This document shows positions 60,674-64,000 of a stretch of DNA of 64,000 nucleotides, one piece after another. Each line of letters begins with the position of its first letter. Position 1 is the first letter of the stretch. The position numbers and the translations under genes are program-made. The notes beneath the pieces are model-generated. The model had not been told where the DNA came from. It did no database searches and worked only from the letters and a program-made list of their open reading frames with translations. The DNA is from Pyrinomonadaceae bacterium (lineage in GTDB: Bacteria; Acidobacteriota; Blastocatellia; Pyrinomonadales; Pyrinomonadaceae): assembly GCA_046313635.1 (NCBI GenBank), contig JBKBYA010000008.1, forward strand, positions 64,001 to 128,000, written 5' to 3'.

Positions 60674-61021
60674 GTGGGCAAAGCAGTTATCAATAGGCGC
60701 AAACCGAGACGCGAGGGCAAGGTCGTCACCGTCGGCCGGGCCGACGCCGTGCCGCCGGGCCGCGGCGCGACCGTCAAGCTCAAGGACGGCTCGGAGCTCG
60801 CACTCTTTAACATCGGGGGCACATTCTACGCGATCGAGAATTTTTGCCCGCACAAGGGCTTTCCGCTCGCCGACTCGCGGCTCTACGGCAGCATCGTCGA
60901 ATGCGACTGGCACGGCTGGCGTTTTGACGTGCGCGACGGCCGGTGCTTTACCGAGGCAGGCTGCGACATCGAGAGCTACGAAGTGAAGGTCGAGGACGGG
61001 ATGATCAAGATCGTCATCTAG
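60674..61021 (+). CDS. Rieske 2Fe-2S ferredoxin (NirD-like)
   Basis: CPH...CDWHGWRFD. Confidence 0.9.
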   Translation: MGKAVINRRKPRREGKVVTVGRADAVPPGRGATVKLKDGSELALFNIGGTFYAIENFCPHKGFPLADSRLYGSIVECDWHGWRFDVRDGRCFTEAGCDIESYEVKVEDGMIKIVI

Positions 61022-61048
61022 CTACGCCGCGCTATAATGCAGGGCACT

Positions 61049-61288
61049 ATGCACAAAACCGTCAACATCGACGAGATCAACGACTCGCTCCACGCCGTGA
61101 TCGCGCTCGCCGGCGAAGGTGAAGATGTGCTTGTCGAGGAGCATGGTCGCCCTATCGCCAAGGTGACCAAGCTCGTCAATGACACAGCCCGACCGCGAAC
61201 GCCGGGCTTGGGAAAGGGATACTGGGTGAGTGATGACTTTGACGACGAGCTTCCCGATGAATTTTGGGGTTTCGACAAAGATCGATGA
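61049..61288 (+). CDS. Type II antitoxin, Phd/YefM-like
   Basis: GEDVLVEEHGRPIAKV and RTPG...SDDFDDELP; ATGA overlap with the PIN gene; TATAAT at 61033-61038. Confidence 0.8.
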   Translation: MHKTVNIDEINDSLHAVIALAGEGEDVLVEEHGRPIAKVTKLVNDTARPRTPGLGKGYWVSDDFDDELPDEFWGFDKDR

Positions 61289-61674
61289 ACCTTTTGCTCG
61301 ACACCCACACATTCATTTGGTGGCATTAGGAGCCTGACCGTCTTTCCGCCAGCGCTCTTGCAGCCATTAAGGCCGCTTCAAACACTGTATTTTTGAGTTT
61401 CGCCAGTGTCTGGGAGCTCCAAATAGAGATTCAGATCGGCAAACTAAAATTCACGGAGACGATCCAGGAAGTCATCGCATCCGAGCAAACCTCAAATAAT
61501 TTTCAGCTGCTTCCGATCGAGCTCGACCACGTCCTGACTTTGGGAGAACTGCCGCTCCACCACCGAGATCCCTTCGACCGCATCATCCTCGCTCAGGCCA
61601 TATCCGAACGAATGACCTTGATCGCAACGGATCGACAATTTTCCGCCTACGACGTCCCCATTCTATGGCAATGA
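61285..61674 (+). pseudogene. vapC: VapC/PIN toxin with in-frame TAG at codon 15
   Basis: MNLLLDTHTFIWWH*EPDRLS...SVWE...HRDPFDRIILAQA...TD; the stop is at 61327-61329. Confidence 0.88.
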
Positions 61675-61708
61675 AGTTCTTGGGTGTGGTGTCGGTATCG
61701 TGAATCAG

Positions 61709-61975
61709 CTATCGGACCGATGCACCTGCTGTAGAGCAAACTGCCTGGCCGTCATCGCCGATCGCCTCCACAGGACACGCCATAAAAGCTTCTTCGCAGA
61801 GTGCTAGTTCTTCTGGAGTCTCGGGCTGTTTGCAGACGTACGAATAGCCGTTATCGTCGTTGCGCGTAAAGCACGACGGCGCGGTGTCGCGGCAGACGTC
61901 GCAGTCGATGCACATCCGGTCGACGTAGTATCGGCCGGGGACGTTATCGGGCAGCTTGTCTTTGACGTCGGCCAT
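61709..61975 (-). CDS. Single-cluster ferredoxin
   Basis: CIDCDVC...CPVEAIG. Confidence 0.9.
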   Translation of the reverse strand: MADVKDKLPDNVPGRYYVDRMCIDCDVCRDTAPSCFTRNDDNGYSYVCKQPETPEELALCEEAFMACPVEAIGDDGQAVCSTAGASVR

Positions 61976-62001
61976 GGTTGAAGCGGCGAATGGACAGATC
62001 A

Positions 62002-62093
62002 AAACAGGATGGGCAGGATAAACAGGATCGTTTAGGCGCTCAAACTAGGCGTGTCTCGATCCAATTATCTTGTCTATCCTGTCCATCCTGTTT
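62002..62093. repeat. Nonamer-repeat hairpin (ACAGGAT core)
   Basis: AAACAGGATGGGCAGGATAAACAGGAT is inverted with ATCTTGTCTATCCTGTCCATCCTGTTT. Confidence 0.85.
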
Positions 62094-62114
62094 GATTCAT
62101 CTTGGATCAACTCT

Positions 62115-63230
62115 CTACGCCTTTTTCTCCGTCAGAGAGATCATCCGTTCGAGCGCGACGTTGGCGTAGTGCTTGGTCTCGTCGTCGACCACGATCTCGT
62201 TGACGACGACGCCGTCGACGAGGTTCTCCATCGCCCAGGCAAGATTTTGCGGCGCGATGCGATACATCGTCGCGCACATGCAGAGGTCGGGCGCGAGCAG
62301 GTGGATCTCTTTGTCGGGGAAACGCTGCTGCAGTCGGCTGACGAGATTGACCTCGGTGCCGATCGCCCACTTTGAGCCCGGCGGAGCATTCTCGACCGTC
62401 TTGATGATGAACGACGTCGAGCCGTCGAGGTCAGAAATATCGACGACCTCTTTCATACATTCCGGATGGACGAGCACCTGCACGCCGGGAATGTCCTGTC
62501 GCACTTTGTCGACGTGCCACGGTTTAAAGCGCCCGTGCACCGAGCAGTGGCCGCGCCAGAGGATGAGTTTGGCGTTGTGAAGCTGCTCTTCGGTATTGCC
62601 GCCGAGCTCCTCGTGCGGGTTCCAGAGGACCATATGCTCGAGCGGGATACCGAACTTCGACCCCGTATTTCGACCAAGATGCTGGTCCGGGAAAAAGAAC
62701 ATCTTGTCAAACTCTTTCAGATAAACATCGAAGAGCGGTATCGCGTTCGACGACGTGCAGACGACGCCTTCGTTGCGGCCGCAAAAGGCCTTGATCGCCG
62801 CCGAAGAATTCATATACGTGATCGGCGCGACCTTGCTCTCGAGCACGCCGATCTCGCCGAGCTGCTCCCACGCATCCTCGACCTGCTCGATCGTCGCCAT
62901 GTCGGCCATCGAGCATCCGGCTCCGAGATCGGGCAGTATCACACGCTGCGAAGGCTTGCCCAGAATGTCGGCCGACTCGGCCATAAAATGCACGCCGCAG
63001 AAGACGATGTATTCGGCATCCGTCCGCGACGCCATCACCGACAGCTGGTACGAGTCGCCCGTCAGGTCAGCGTGGCGAATGACGTCGTCGCGCTGGTAAT
63101 GGTGGCCCAGGATGACGACGCGCCGGCCGAGCTCGCGGCGGGCACGCTCGATGCGCTCGTCGATCTCGTCGAGGCCCATCGCGAGGTAATCCTCTAAAAC
63201 TCTTGGCTGGTCTATCACTGCACTGGACAT
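62115..63230 (-). CDS. nadA: Quinolinate synthase
   Basis: ILGHHYQ, FCGVHFMAE, GCSMA, CTSSNA, HPEC, CATM. Confidence 0.96.
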   Translation of the reverse strand: MSSAVIDQPRVLEDYLAMGLDEIDERIERARRELGRRVVILGHHYQRDDVIRHADLTGDSYQLSVMASRTDAEYIVFCGVHFMAESADILGKPSQRVILPDLGAGCSMADMATIEQVEDAWEQLGEIGVLESKVAPITYMNSSAAIKAFCGRNEGVVCTSSNAIPLFDVYLKEFDKMFFFPDQHLGRNTGSKFGIPLEHMVLWNPHEELGGNTEEQLHNAKLILWRGHCSVHGRFKPWHVDKVRQDIPGVQVLVHPECMKEVVDISDLDGSTSFIIKTVENAPPGSKWAIGTEVNLVSRLQQRFPDKEIHLLAPDLCMCATMYRIAPQNLAWAMENLVDGVVVNEIVVDDETKHYANVALERMISLTEKKA

Positions 63231-63540
63231 TTATTTCTCCCGTACCGCTTGGATGCAAAAAGCGGCCGCCGATCGAATGAAAATCATTGCGCCTCGCGAG
63301 GGCTAAATCAAGGGGCCGGCCCTCGTCGGCACGTTCAGCCGGCGACGCTTACGACAATAGGCAGTTAGGCTTACAGGCGGCGATCGGGTGACTTGAGGCG
63401 CAAACTTTGTTCTTGACTAATGGATCCCCGATCCGTATCCTCAACCTCGGCCGACAAGTCGGTTTGTCGGCCGCTTCCACCGCTCAAAAGATCCGTGGTT
63501 CTTTCGGCTTGGTACCACCCGACCGCTGCTCCAAACAAAA

Positions 63541-64000
63541 ATGAAAAAAGTAATGCTGCCCGCGAGCGGTCTACGTGCACGCTCGGCTGTTTCGTTCTTT
63601 GCCCTCACCGTTCTGACGACGATCCTGGCACTGCAGGCTGGCGATCTGTTTACCGCGCGTTCCGAGGCATCGTCCGCGGCCGCCGCGCTGTCGGTCACGC
63701 CGATCACATGGAACATCATCGGTCTCGACAGCAACACGCCGTCCACGGGCCCCAATCGCTTCCCGGTAGGCGCTCGTGTCTGCAATACCGGATCGACGAC
63801 CCTCGGCAGCGTCACGGCCCAGTTCGTTTGGGACTCCGCCAACGCGAATATCAACCTTAGGACCGGCTCGCTGTCATCCGTTCAGCTCGGCAGCCTCGCA
63901 CCGGCAAGCTGCGCCGACGCGTACTTCGAGGCCGAGGTAACGCGCACCGCGGCCGCATACAATACGACGCGGCGCTACCGCATCACCGCAAGCGACAGCG
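63541..64000 (+). CDS. Secreted/surface protein, 3'-truncated by the window
   Basis: Open frame from ATG 63541 to the window end: MKKVMLP...signal...ITWNIIGLDSNTPSTGPNRFPVGARVCNTG; absent from the ORF track because it has no stop. Confidence 0.8.
   Translation, partial: MKKVMLPASGLRARSAVSFFALTVLTTILALQAGDLFTARSEASSAAAALSVTPITWNIIGLDSNTPSTGPNRFPVGARVCNTGSTTLGSVTAQFVWDSANANINLRTGSLSSVQLGSLAPASCADAYFEAEVTRTAAAYNTTRRYRITASDS

Noticed and set aside
61327..61329. Amber recoding (pyrrolysine or alternative code) of the vapC TAG
   Set aside because: TAG serves as a normal stop in many intact genes here (e.g. cse2, recN, mreB), and no pyl genes are seen.

Overview
High-GC bacterial chromosomal window. 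Gene content and repeat style suggest Acidobacteriota (Blastocatellia-like); this is an inference. Bases 1-9738 hold a type I-E CRISPR-Cas locus: cas3 (cut by the window start), cas8e/cse1, cas11/cse2, cas7, cas5, cas6e, cas1, cas2, then 22 identical 29-bp repeats with 21 spacers. The array ends abruptly at a tandemly duplicated, structured 87-88 bp element. The rest is mostly housekeeping or envelope genes: Wzc-like kinase, a fused GltD/NfnB-NfnA-like flavoprotein, asparaginase II, recN, glycogen debranching enzyme, Oar-like receptor, bshB1, lipB, sugE/gdx, mreBCD-mrdA-rodA-PBP1A, hsp20-lon and nadA. The best leads are five. (1) A secreted protein with a remote lysyl-oxidase-like motif series, divergently paired with a membrane 4Fe-4S/TPR protein. 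(2) A dense set of periodic 7/8/9-mer hairpins and REP-like elements, some nested, one in frame inside a gene and one supplying the lon stop codon. (3) A candidate guanidine-III-like riboswitch overlapping a terminator upstream of sugE. (4) The post-CRISPR duplicated element. (5) A vapC toxin with an in-frame amber stop. All calls were made by eye, with no database searches.
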